Below, in pieces: positions 52,676 to 64,000 of a stretch of 64,000 nucleotides of DNA. The translations under genes were made by a program, and so were the position numbers. How positions within the stretch are numbered: position 1 is the first letter of the stretch; every line of letters starts with the position of its first letter. The notes beneath the pieces are model-generated. The model worked only from the letters and a program-made list of their open reading frames with translations, did not search any database and had not been told where the DNA came from. This DNA comes from Octopus sinensis (lineage: Eukaryota), in assembly GCF_006345805.1 (NCBI RefSeq), contig NC_043019.1, positions 17,917,360 to 17,981,359 on the forward strand. Reading direction: 5' to 3'.

Positions 52676-54470
52676 ATAAAAAGAAAGGAAGGAAAGGAAA
52701 GAAAGGAAGGAAGGAAGAAAGAAAGAAGGAAGGAAGGAAGAGAATTATGAAAGAAAATAAGGGGGAAGGGGAAGGAAGAAAGAAGAAAGAAATAAGGAAG
52801 GAAGAAGAAGGAAGGAAGGAAGAATGAATGAAATAAGAAAGTAAGAAAGAAGGAAGAAAAGGAAGGAAGGAAGGAAGGAAGGAAGAATGAATGAAAGAAA
52901 GAAATAAGAAGAAAGAAAGAAGGAAGGAAGGAAGGAAGAAAGAAAGAAGGAAGGAAGGAAGGAAGGAAGAATGAATGAAAGAAAGGAAGGAAAGGAAGAA
53001 AGAAAGAAGGAAGGAAGGAAGGAAGGAAGAATGAATGAAAGAAAGAAAGAAAGAAAGAAGGAAGGAAGGAAGGAAGGAAGAATGAATGAAAGAAGAAAGA
53101 AAGAAAGAAAGAAGGAAGGAAGGAAGGAAATGAAAGGAAGAAGAAAGAAAAAAGAAGGAAGGAAGGAAGGAAAATGAAAGAAAGAAAGAAAGAAGGAAGG
53201 AAGGAAGGAAGGAAGAATGAATGAAAGAAAGAAAGAAAGAAAGAAATAAGGAAGGAAGGAAGGAAGGAAGGAAGGAGGGAGAGAGGGAAAGAAGAATGAA
53301 AGAAAGAAAGGAAGGAAGGAAGGAAGGAAGGAAGGAAGGAAGGAAGGAAGGAAGAAAGAAAGCAGGAAGGAAGGAAGGAAGAATGAATGAAAGAAAGAAA
53401 GAAAGAAAGAAAGAAAGAAGGAAGGAAGGAAGGAAGGAAGGAAGAAAGAAGGAAGGAAGAATGAATGAAAGAAAGAAAGAAAGAAGGAAGGAAGGAAAGA
53501 AGGAAGGAAGGAGGGAAAGAAGAATAAAAGAAAGAAAAGAGGAAGAGAGGAAGAAGGAAGGAAGGAAGAAGGAAGGAATGAAAAAAGACAAGAAAGGAAG
53601 AAAGAAAGAAAGAAGGAAGGAGAAGAATGGAATGAAAAAGAAGAAAAAAGAAAGAAGGAAGGAAGGAAGAAGAAAGAAAAGGAAAGAAGAAAGAAGGAAA
53701 GGACGGAATGAAGGAAGGAAGGAAATGAAGAAGGGGAAGAAGAAAGAAAGAAAAAAGAAGGAAGGAGGAAGGAAAAGGATGAAGAAAGAAAGAAAGAAGA
53801 AGGAAGGAAGGAAGGAAGGAAGAAGGAATAAAGAAAGAAAGAAGGAAGGAAGGAAGGAAGGAAGAATGAATGAAAGAAGAAAGAAAGAAAGGAAGGAAGG
53901 AAGGAAGAAGGAAAGAAAAGAAGGAAGGAAGGAAGGAAGGAAGGAAGAGGGAAAAAGAATGAAAGAAAGAAAGGAAGGAAGGGGAAGGAAGGAAGAAATA
54001 AAAAAAGAAAGAAGGAAGGAAGGGAAAGGGAAGGAAGGAAGAAGAAGGAAAAGAAAGAAAGAAAGAAGGAGGAAGGAAAGGAAGGAAGAAGAATGAATGA
54101 AAGAATGAAAGAAAGGAAGGAAGAAAGAAGGAAGGAAGAATGAAGATGAGAAAGAAAGAAAGAAAGAAAGAAAGAAAAGAAGGAAGGAAGAAGAAGGAAA
54201 AGGGAAGAAGGAAGGAAGGAAGAAGAAGAAAGAAAAAAGAAAAAAAAAAAAGGAAGAAAATGAATGAATGAAAGGAAAGAAAGAGAAAGAAGAAGGAAGG
54301 AAGGGGGAGGAAGAAGAGGGAAAGAAGAGGGAAGAAAAAGAAAGAAGGAAGAAGGAAGGAGAAGAAGGAAAAAAAAGAGAAAGAAAGAAAAAAGAAAGAA
54401 AGAAAGAAAAAAAAAGAAAAGAAAAAGAAGAAAGGAGGAGGAAAAAAAGGAAGGAAGGAAAGGTTGTAAA
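52676..54470 (+). repeat. About 1.8-kb almost purine-only GAAG/GAAA/GAAT compound satellite
   Basis: Direct reading. Confidence 0.95.
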
Positions 54471-56403
54471 TAAAATAAAGATGATGAGGATTTAGAAGAA
54501 CAAGAGGGAGAAGAAGGGAGAAAGGAAAAAAGAAAGAAAGAAAGAAAGAATGAAAGAAGCAGAGGAGGAGGAGGAGATGGGATTAGAGAGGATTGATGTG
54601 AAGAAAGAGAGGAGTTGAGAAGAAGGAAATCTTGTGAGAGGGGGGAGGGGGTGTGACAAATGGCAGACTTGAGAAAATTGCAAAAAGCTGTCGTTTACAC
54701 ATCAGTGTGTGTGTATGTGTGTATATATGTATATATGTGTGTATGTGTGTGAATGTATTTATATGCATATATATAGATACACACACAAGCACATCTACAC
54801 ACCCTGTATTATGTTTATGGAGGTGGGGATAGAAGTAGTGGTGGTGGTGTTAAGGTTTTGGTCAGTCTTGGGGCTAGAGTAAAAAACACTTGGCCAAGGT
54901 GCCACACAGTAGGACTGAACCTGAAACCACGTAGTTACCAAGTGAGCTGTTCTTGATGTCAGCATTGTTGTTGTGTGTGTTTGTGTTGTAGTTGTTGGTG
55001 GTCGTAATGGCAAGGTTGTGTTGGTGCTGGTAGAGAGGTAAGAGAGAGAGAGAGAGAGAGAGGGACATCTTTAAGAGACGAATTCAGAGGCGTGGCACAA
55101 GTTGTATTTTTGATGTTGTTTGGTGGAATCGGTAGAGCTTCAGACAAAATGCCTTGTGGTATTTGTTGCGAGATATTTAGATGCTGAGTTCAGATCCCAG
55201 TAAGGCTACCTTTGCCGTTTATTCTTCCTGGGTCAATGAAATATGTTGTAGTCGATGTAGCGCTGGGGTTAATTTACTTGGCTAATCCCACTCCGCTAGC
55301 AAATGTGTGATGATTGTTGTTGTTAAGCAACAAGACGGGGGGTAAGGGTGATGAGGTGATGGTCTGGGGCTTAGGGTCGGGAGACCCCAGACCTTGAGAA
55401 AAAAAAAAGACTTTGGTTGTCTTGTAGTCGAGGGCTCTTCGTTGACGCCCGACACCACTAGGGGGTGGCCCCTTAAAGTCGCTGGAAATGGAGATCTCCA
55501 GGTCCAAATTCTTGAATGGCTGTTGTTGTTGGTGGTGGGTGTGATAATGTTTGTGGTGTCATTGTTGATGCTGTTTGTGATGGTGATGATGATGCCTACA
55601 GTGTAAACAATTATTGTTGTTGTTGTCGTTGATTGCATTGCCGGCTGCCTGCGCTGCCATGCAGCAATTAACTTAATAACCTGATTTGGGTGCAGTCTTG
55701 CAGTCTTCAGGTCATCTTGCCTGGCTTTTGCCACCCACCAGGTTTTGACGGCAGAGTGGGGGGGGAGGGAGACCACAGCAAAGATAAGCAAAAGAGGCTA
55801 AGTCCAGGGTGGGGTGGGTCTGAAGGATGGGGTGATTGGCGTGGCTGAATCATCATGGAATTTGAGTTCCAGGGTGAGAGACAATCAGGTTTGCAGTTCT
55901 ATGTGTGCGTGGGTGTGAAAACTGGGTTTGTGGGCTCATGTTGAGGTGGTTTCATTCATACTGAGACATCTGTATGAATGAAAATGCAGCCATTGGACAT
56001 CGCCATCATCAACAACAACAACATCATTATCAGCATCATCTTCGTTCCATGCATGTATGGGTCAGGCAGATTTTGTTGAGACAGATTTTCAATGGCCGGA
56101 TGCCCTTCCTGTCACCAACCTTCACCTGAGTAAAGTAACATTTCCGCATAACCAGACATGTTTATTCATGGAAAATTGCATACAACGGACGTTGCTCGAA
56201 CGACAGGGGCACTCGTTTACAACACTCACACAATGTGAAATCAAGGAGACATTCACACACAAACATAAACATATTCATGCCCCATAGGCTTCTTTCAGTT
56301 TCCATCTACCAAATCCACTCACAAAGCTTTGGTTGGCCTGGGGCTATAGTAGAAGTCATTTGCTCAAGGTACAACACTGCCATATCTATCTTTATCTATC
56401 TAC

Positions 56404-56451
<48 letters not shown>

Positions 56452-57012
56452 CTTTGTGTCTGTCTTTCTCCCCTCCACTGCTTGATAACTGGTATTGGTG
56501 TGTGTGTGTGTCCCCTGTAACTTAGTGGTTCAACAAAAGAGACTGATAGAATAAGTATCAGGCTTCAAAAACAAAAAAAAATGTACTGGTATCGATTCAT
56601 TTAAGTAAAATTCTTCAAAGTTGTGCCCCAGCATGGCCACAGTCAAATAACCGAGACAAATAAAAGATGAAAGATGAAAGCTATGTGTATCTGTTGTCGT
56701 GTGTAAGCCATTGGTGATACAGGAGCCCTTAAACCTTTGGTAATTCTGGGAAATATTGTTTGTGAGTTCTGGGAAGGCAAATGGCTGCTGGGAATTGTGT
56801 GTCTCCACTGGATGTAAGAGTGGAAAGAATAAAATCTGGGAATAAAACAAAAAGTTCTTTGAGATAAGTAAGAAACTTGTTGGCACCGAAAGAGAGCAAG
56901 CACAGCAGAAAATATGTTGGGTAGAAGTTGCTGGAATCATCTTATATACCCTGCTTGGCTTCTATGTAAGTTAGTGTATGTATGTATGTATGTATGTATG
57001 TATGTATGTATG

Positions 57013-57061
<49 letters not shown>

Positions 57062-57720
57062 TTGAGATAGGGGTTGTAAATGCAACCCTCCATGGGATAA
57101 CTTTTTTATGTACATTCCTTTATGTACAATGATTTGTTCTGCTTTTTTATGTTTAACCCTACAGTCTCTTATGTGGTGGTTTAATAAAGAATGTGATTGA
57201 GTATTATCTGGTAATTGATATTTGATTTAGATGTATTTCTCCATTTTCTTATCTTGTATATATATATATATATATGCACACACACACACATATATACAGT
57301 CTCACACACACACACACACACACACACAGGTTGGGCTAAATTTGATGATTTTTTTTTTACAGTTTCCTTTTTTGTGAAGAACAGCTTGATGCATTGATGA
57401 ACAGTCAACAGCGTTGGAGAGCATTATGTTGTGAAAGACACCAACCCCTCTGTCTCAGGACACCAAGGTTGAGCCAGGGGCGAAAGATGAAGGAGGTTTT
57501 CAAAGATCTTCTCAGTGAAGAATGCATGCACCAGGTCTTGGAGCTGTCATGAGGTTATGGTGCCAGCTGAGGATGGTTACTCTGAGTAAACTTATCCCCC
57601 ACCCATAAATCGAATTTGGTATTTTTTGACTTTTTAAAATAATTCTATTTTGGGATGGGGTACCGTGTTCTCTTTCCCTTTTATGGAAACTGTTAAATTT
57701 AGCCCAAACACCCTGCATAT

Positions 57721-57752
<32 letters not shown>

Positions 57753-57937
57753 TTAGCATCTGCTTTCCATGCTGGCATGAGTTGGACAGTTTGACAGGAA
57801 TTGGTAAGGCGAAGGGGCCACACCAGTGCCTGTTCTGGAATGGTTTCTATGGCTGGATGCCCTTCCTAATGCTGACCATTTTATAGTGGGTGCAGGCTGC
57901 TTTCTATGTGGCACCAGCACCAATGCTTTATATATAC

Positions 57938-57974
<37 letters not shown>

Positions 57975-57977
<3 letters not shown>

Positions 57978-58385
57978 TACTCTTTTACTCTTTTACTTGT
58001 TTCAGTCATTTGACTGCAGCCATGCTGGAGCACCACTTTTAGTCGAGCAAATCGATCCCAGGACTTATTCTTTGTAAGCCTAGTACTTATTCTATTGGTT
58101 GCTTTTGCCGAACCGTTAAGTTATGTGGGTGTAAACACACCAGCATTGTTTGTCAAGAGATGTTGGGGGGACAAACACAGACACACAAACATATACTCAC
58201 ATACATACACATACATATATATAAGGGCTTCTTTCAGTTTCCGTCTACCAAATCCACTCACAAGGCTTTGGTCGGCCCGAGGCTATAGTAGAAGACATTT
58301 GCCCAAGGTGCTACACAGTGGGACTGAACCCGGAACCATGTGGTTCCTAAGCAAACTACTTACCACACAGCCACTCCTATGCCTA
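57975..58385 (-). mobile_element. Full-length SINE family A
   Basis: Near-consensus reverse complement of 8179-8582. Confidence 0.85.
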
Positions 58386-58605
58386 TATAAATATATATAT
58401 ATATATATTATGCCAGCAGACGCCGACCAAAAATCATTACTGTTGCTCCCATTGGAACACAAGGTAAAATCTATAATGAACTCCTCGCCTTTTCAAGAAC
58501 ATGAATTTTTTATATTTGACTCTATTGAATGTATGTCACAATTATGAACTGTTCCATCATACTCTTTAAACATATAGCATGGACTCTCTTTATTATATAA
58601 AAAAA

Positions 58606-58652
58606 TTTTTTTGATAAGGTTCGTTATTTCAAGAACCGAAACATGTTAAATT
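58606..58652 (+). ncRNA. Decayed minimal hammerhead in a probable PLE 3' remnant (about 58430-58735)
   Basis: TTGATAA (from CTGATGA)-ggttc/gaacc stem II-GAAAC-ATGT palindromic stem III. Confidence 0.45.
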
Positions 58653-58730
58653 AAAATTTATCTAATATAGCGGCATTTTCAAACTTCATTTTTTACAAAT
58701 ATATACCACTCGTATACGAGCTAATCTTAT

Positions 58731-58792
<62 letters not shown>

Positions 58793-58828
58793 TATATATA
58801 TATATATGGTTGGTTAAATAGATAGATA

Positions 58829-58899
<71 letters not shown>

Positions 58900-58939
58900 T
58901 AGATATAGATATATTATATATCTGAAGTTTACAGAAAAC

Positions 58940-58987
58940 AAAAAACAATGACAGGTGTCACAAGCAGGTGTATTAGTTTGGTGTTCA

Positions 58988-59032
<45 letters not shown>

Positions 59033-59390
59033 GACACTCTGTCAGTTATGACAATGAGGGTTCCTGTTGATCTGATCAATGGAACAGCCTGCTCGTGTAA
59101 TTAACATGCATGTGGCCGAGCACCCCACAGACACATATACCCTTAATGTAGTTCTTAAGGAGATTCAGCACAACACAGAGTGTGACAAGGCTGGCCCTTT
59201 GAAATACAGGTACAACAGAAACAGGAAGAAAGGGTACAACAGGGCTCACCACCAACCCCTGCTGGAGCCTTGTGGAGCTTTAGGTGTTTTTGTCCAATAA
59301 ACACTTACAACGTCCAGTCTGGAAATCAGAACTATGATCCTATGACCACGAGTCCACTGCCCTAACCACTGGGCCATTGCACCTCCACAC
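58940..59390 (-). mobile_element. tRNA-headed SINE family D (also near 28040-28410, 42810-43050 and 20860-21100)
   Basis: Shared gaacagcctgctcgtg..aattaac..gtggc(c/t)gag body and ccctaaccact head. Confidence 0.7.
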
Positions 59391-59409
59391 ACACACATAT
59401 ATATATATA

Positions 59410-59730
59410 CTAGCATTAAAGACCCGTCGTTGCCAGGTCATAGTGCTAGTGCATGTATATATGTATATATATATGTGTACATATTACATGTACATCTATA
59501 TATATACATCTACACATAAAATACAAAATTGTAGGCCCGTCTCTTGCAATTTCGATCAATTGTATCTTGTCCTCCCTCTTGTATAGAAGTGTGGCTACAA
59601 TCCAGCCTACCTCTACTTCGGGGGGGAGGGGGTGTTAAATTGAATGAAATTGGTTGTGTAGTTCTCAAGTTTTAGGGAAACACACAGACAGACAAACAGA
59701 CACACATTCTCAGTTTTATATATATAAAGA
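59410..59730 (-). mobile_element. Complete non-autonomous Helitron (321 bp)
   Basis: On the minus strand it begins A|TC and ends CTAG|T; subterminal GC hairpin gacccgtcgttgccaggtc lies about 7 nt from CTAG; internal (CAGA)n near the 5' end. Confidence 0.8.
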
Positions 59731-59738
59731 TATGTATG

Positions 59739-59787
<49 letters not shown>

Positions 59788-60500
59788 ATTTGTTTGTGTC
59801 TGCTTGTGTTTGTGGTAAAAGGAATTAGTCTCTTATGTAAGCAGCATCATTTATTCCCAATATTCTGCAAGAACATGTCTGGCCACGTAGAAAATGCCAC
59901 GTTGTCTGGAAATAGCTGAGGGTTGGTGATAGGAAAGGCATCCAGCTGTAGAAAATCTGCTTTGATAACCTCTGTCTTACCGATGCGAGCACGGAAAAGT
60001 GGTCGATGAAGATGGTGACAAGATGGGAAGCATTTTGTGAAGGCAGAAAACTATCCGAGAAAGAGAGTAAAGAGTTTGTTTGAAATGGTTGCTGGTTGAT
60101 GGTCGACATTGCTTGAGGGTAACTTGCCTGAATTTGGTAGAATTGAGGATGCCGAGAATTTAGTTTGGAAAGAAAGAAAAGAGTTGAGATGGGAGACAGG
60201 AACCAGCATAGCAGGGGTGGTGGTGGTGGCAGGGAAGATAGGCAAGCTGGGGGCGAAGGGGTGGGGGTGGTTATGATGGGTGCCGTGAGTGAAGTTGGTT
60301 GCGAAGCAAGTGGTGAAAAGCAGGTGGGCAGGGAGGTGGAGGTAAGAGGAAAAAGGGGGAAGAGAAAAGGGGATTGACTGAATGGGAAAGTGAGTAGATC
60401 TGTTCTTGGCAAGGGACCAGAATGATGAAGCATGGCTCCAATTTGGGAAAGTTGCAAAAGATGCAGAGTTCTTTAATTTTGCCTCTTTGCTTTGTTTTTA

Positions 60501-60534
<34 letters not shown>

Positions 60535-61255
60535 AAGTTTTCTAACGAATGCCTTTTCCCATGTAAATGGTTTCTATGCAGCGGTTCCTCTGTAATCAGA
60601 AAGAATTCAAAACACTTTCAAAATAAAAACTAGGACGCAATCACACACACACACACACACACCACATACAGCTTTGTGGTTAAGAAGCTCCCTTTTTAAC
60701 CATACGATCTCAGGTTCATCCCTCCTGTGAGGCACCTTCGGCAAGCATCTTTTAGCAAAACTTCAGATCAACCCAAAGTCACATGAGGTGGAATTTAGTA
60801 GAAAGAAATCTAGATGGAAATCCATTGGAAGAATCATTCTCATTCTTGAAAGGAAAACATCATCAAGTGATTGATTTATCACCACCACCACCACCACCAC
60901 CACCACCACCATCCAAGTCACCTTCATTGAAATTTCGACATCAACAGGGTATTTTTTATGTATGCATGTATGTTTTGTTTTATGTATATATTCTCATGCA
61001 TATAGTTGCATATCTAGACATGCTCAGATATATTTAATTGATAAACGTCTGGAAAGTTTTACAGATTTTTACAGTTCCAGTAATGGATTGGATATGTTGT
61101 CTTGGAATCAGCTTTCTCCTTTCGGGCTCCACTTCAGATTTCTTTCAAGGTTGTCACCTTTCCGTAACCCTGAATAGGGGCCGATATTGGGTACTGTCAG
61201 TTGGAGCCAGCTGAGCCCGGGACTTGTGTCAGGCAGGGTTGTCACACCCTGAAGT

Positions 61256-61990
61256 AACATACATACATACACACACACATACATACACACACACATACAT
61301 ACACACACACATACATACACACACACATACATACACACACACATACATACACACACATACATACACACACACATACACACACCACATACATACACACACA
61401 CATACATACACACACACATACATACACACACACATACATACACACACACATACATACACACACACATACATACACACACACATACATACACACACATACA
61501 TACACACACACATACATACACACACACATACATACACACACACATACATACACACACACATACATACACACACACATACATACACACACACATACATACA
61601 CACACACATACATACACACACACATACATACACACACATACATACACACACACATACATACACACACACATACATACACACACACATACATACACACACA
61701 CATACATACACACACACATACATACACACACACATACATACACACACACATACATACACACACACATACATACACACACACATACATACACACACACATA
61801 CATACACACACACATACATATATACATACATACATACACACACACACATACATACACACACACATACATACACACACACATACATACACACACACATACA
61901 TACACACACACATACATACACACACACATACATACACACACACATACATACACACACACATACATATATACATACATACATACATACATA
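61256..61990 (+). repeat. (AC)n/(ATAC)n compound array, dominant 14-bp unit acacacacatacat
   Basis: Direct reading. Confidence 0.95.
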
Positions 61991-62308
61991 AGTATGCATG
62001 TATGTATATATGTATGTATGTATGTGTATGTATACATATAGGTAGGTATGTGTGTGCTTGTGTGTATGCATGTATGTTATTCAGTTTTATTTCCAGAATA
62101 TCTTGCCAATCGAGAAAGAGCTGGTTTCTAACCCAGACCCAAGGCTCTTTCATTGCAATTTCAACATCAACATACATGTGCATGTATGTATATATGTACA
62201 TATATGCATGTGTGAATATCTGCATAAATGTATGTATTTGTGTGTGTGTGTGTGTGTGTGTGGTGTATGAATGTATGTGTTTATACATATATCTTCTTCA
62301 TCATCATC

Positions 62309-62348
<40 letters not shown>

Positions 62349-62721
62349 ATATATGCATGTTTGTGTATGTGAGTGTATATGTATGTTTGTGTGTGTCTAT
62401 ATATATATGTGTGTGTGTGTGTGAGAGAGAGAGAGTATGTATATATGTATATTTGTATGTATGTATACATGTCTGTACTATTTGTATGTATAAATGAAAT
62501 GTCAGCTTCCAAATAAAATATATTATATACATGTGTGTGTGTAGAAAGGTGTGTATATAAATCTCCCTTGTTCCGTACATTTACATGTAGACACATATTC
62601 ATGTATGAAACGAGGGAAGCCTGTGCATGAATATTCATGTGAGTGTGTGTGTGTGTGTGTGTAAGTGTGTGTGTGTGTGTGTGTGTGTGTGTAAGTGTGT
62701 GTGTGTGTGTGGTGTGTGTGT

Positions 62722-62758
<37 letters not shown>

Positions 62759-63002
62759 GTGTGAAGAATGTGAACAGAGATAGGGGTTTTAGAGATGGAA
62801 ATAATTGGTGGCATAGAGGCATGTGTGGTGGTTGTGAGCCAGTGTGTGTGTGTGTTTGTGTGCCGAGCAGAGGAAGATACTGGAAGGTGAGATAGTGTAG
62901 GGGTGAAATTGTCTATGCGAATGTTTATATATATAAGTTTATATGTAAATATATTTATATACACACAAAACATGTACAAATATATATATATATATATATA
63001 TA

Positions 63003-63064
<62 letters not shown>

Positions 63065-63086
63065 ATGTATATATATTGTATATATA

Positions 63087-63139
<53 letters not shown>

Positions 63140-63165
63140 AAAATATATATATATATATATATATT

Positions 63166-63213
<48 letters not shown>

Positions 63214-63429
63214 ACATATACATACATATATAAATGTGTGTGTATGTATATGTATGTATATATGATTTTATATATATATATATAATATATGTGTGTGGAG
63301 AGAGGGGTGAAGAGTGGAGTTAGAGAGGGGAGTTGAAGGAGGAGGGGTGGGTATAGTAAAGATGTTGAAGCTGAACCCAAAGTATTTAAAATCACATCAG
63401 AAAACATAAAGTAAAACAGTGTGGAAACT

Positions 63430-64000
63430 GTATTTTATTATTTCAGCTTAGATAAATATTTTGACAGGAATTTCATGAATCTTACCTAATAACCTATTCC
63501 CTAATTTAGCTGGTCCCTATTGTTACCTAATAACTGTAGTTATAGCTAACTCCTTCCTCTGCAGTTAACTAATAATATTTTTCTATACCTATTTGAAAAT
63601 ATTTCACTCCTGTTATAGAAGTTGATGTATACCAGCAACTGAAGGGAATAGCTATGGGTTTGCCATTGGAACCAATACTAGCTAACAGCAATATGAAATC
63701 TTCTCAGGACACATCTTACAAGAGTAATACATAGAAATCTAAAATTTACTTTGGCTTTGTTACATGGATAACATCTCCATTTTCAAACTCCAATGGGATA
63801 AGATGTAGGTGTAGCTCTATTATATAATGACAAGGTACCAGCGCCAACTACCTGGATGCATGCAAGACATGGACTTTCACAGCAGAGATTCAGAGGAAAC
63901 CAGATGCTGCCACAATATCTAAAAGTATTTTGAACTTGGGCCACTCCATGAATGAGTGGATTTGCGAAACCATCCAACGTCACATTTGGCCCACATGAAG
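63430..64000 (+). mobile_element. Penelope-like element reverse transcriptase fragment (decayed)
   Basis: YQQLKGIAMGLPLEPILAN (GxAMGSPL motif) and WLCYMDNISIF (YVDD motif) in shifted frames. Confidence 0.75.

Noticed and set aside
52482-54096. 369-aa and 291-aa ORFs (SFLP / KEGR repeats)
   Set aside because: Purine satellite lacking stop codons; no coding signature
61108-62288. Long ORFs of 255-348 aa (VCVY / HTHT repeats)
   Set aside because: Translation of an AC/ATAC microsatellite; open in several frames on both strands

Overview
AT-rich, microsatellite-saturated eukaryotic DNA. The SINE repertoire and repeat load suggest an octopus or related coleoid cephalopod (inference). One protein-coding gene dominates, on the minus strand. 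Eight exons join with canonical GT-AG sites and consistent phases: 35427/35394-33321, 19679-18587, 17650-17517, 14564-14404, 11926-11824, 10479-10403, 7845-7633 and 5185-4862. From ATG 35394 this gives 4179 nt, or 1392 aa. The product is a large disordered Ser/Thr/Lys-rich protein with coiled coils that I cannot name, and its 5' end is unresolved. The rest is intronic or intergenic: many tRNA-derived SINEs, two decayed mariners, a Tx1/L1-type endonuclease fragment beside a 100-N gap, RTE and Penelope-like (PLE) fragments, Helitron/Helentron-type elements, a tiny MITE and very long simple repeats. The most notable unannotated signal is a set of type-I hammerhead ribozyme folds, most or all in probable PLE remnants. 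One lies on the pre-mRNA strand inside a perfect 100-bp inverted repeat, so the intron carries both the ribozyme and its exact antisense. Most six-frame ORFs supplied are microsatellite artefacts. All comparisons were made by eye; no searches were run.
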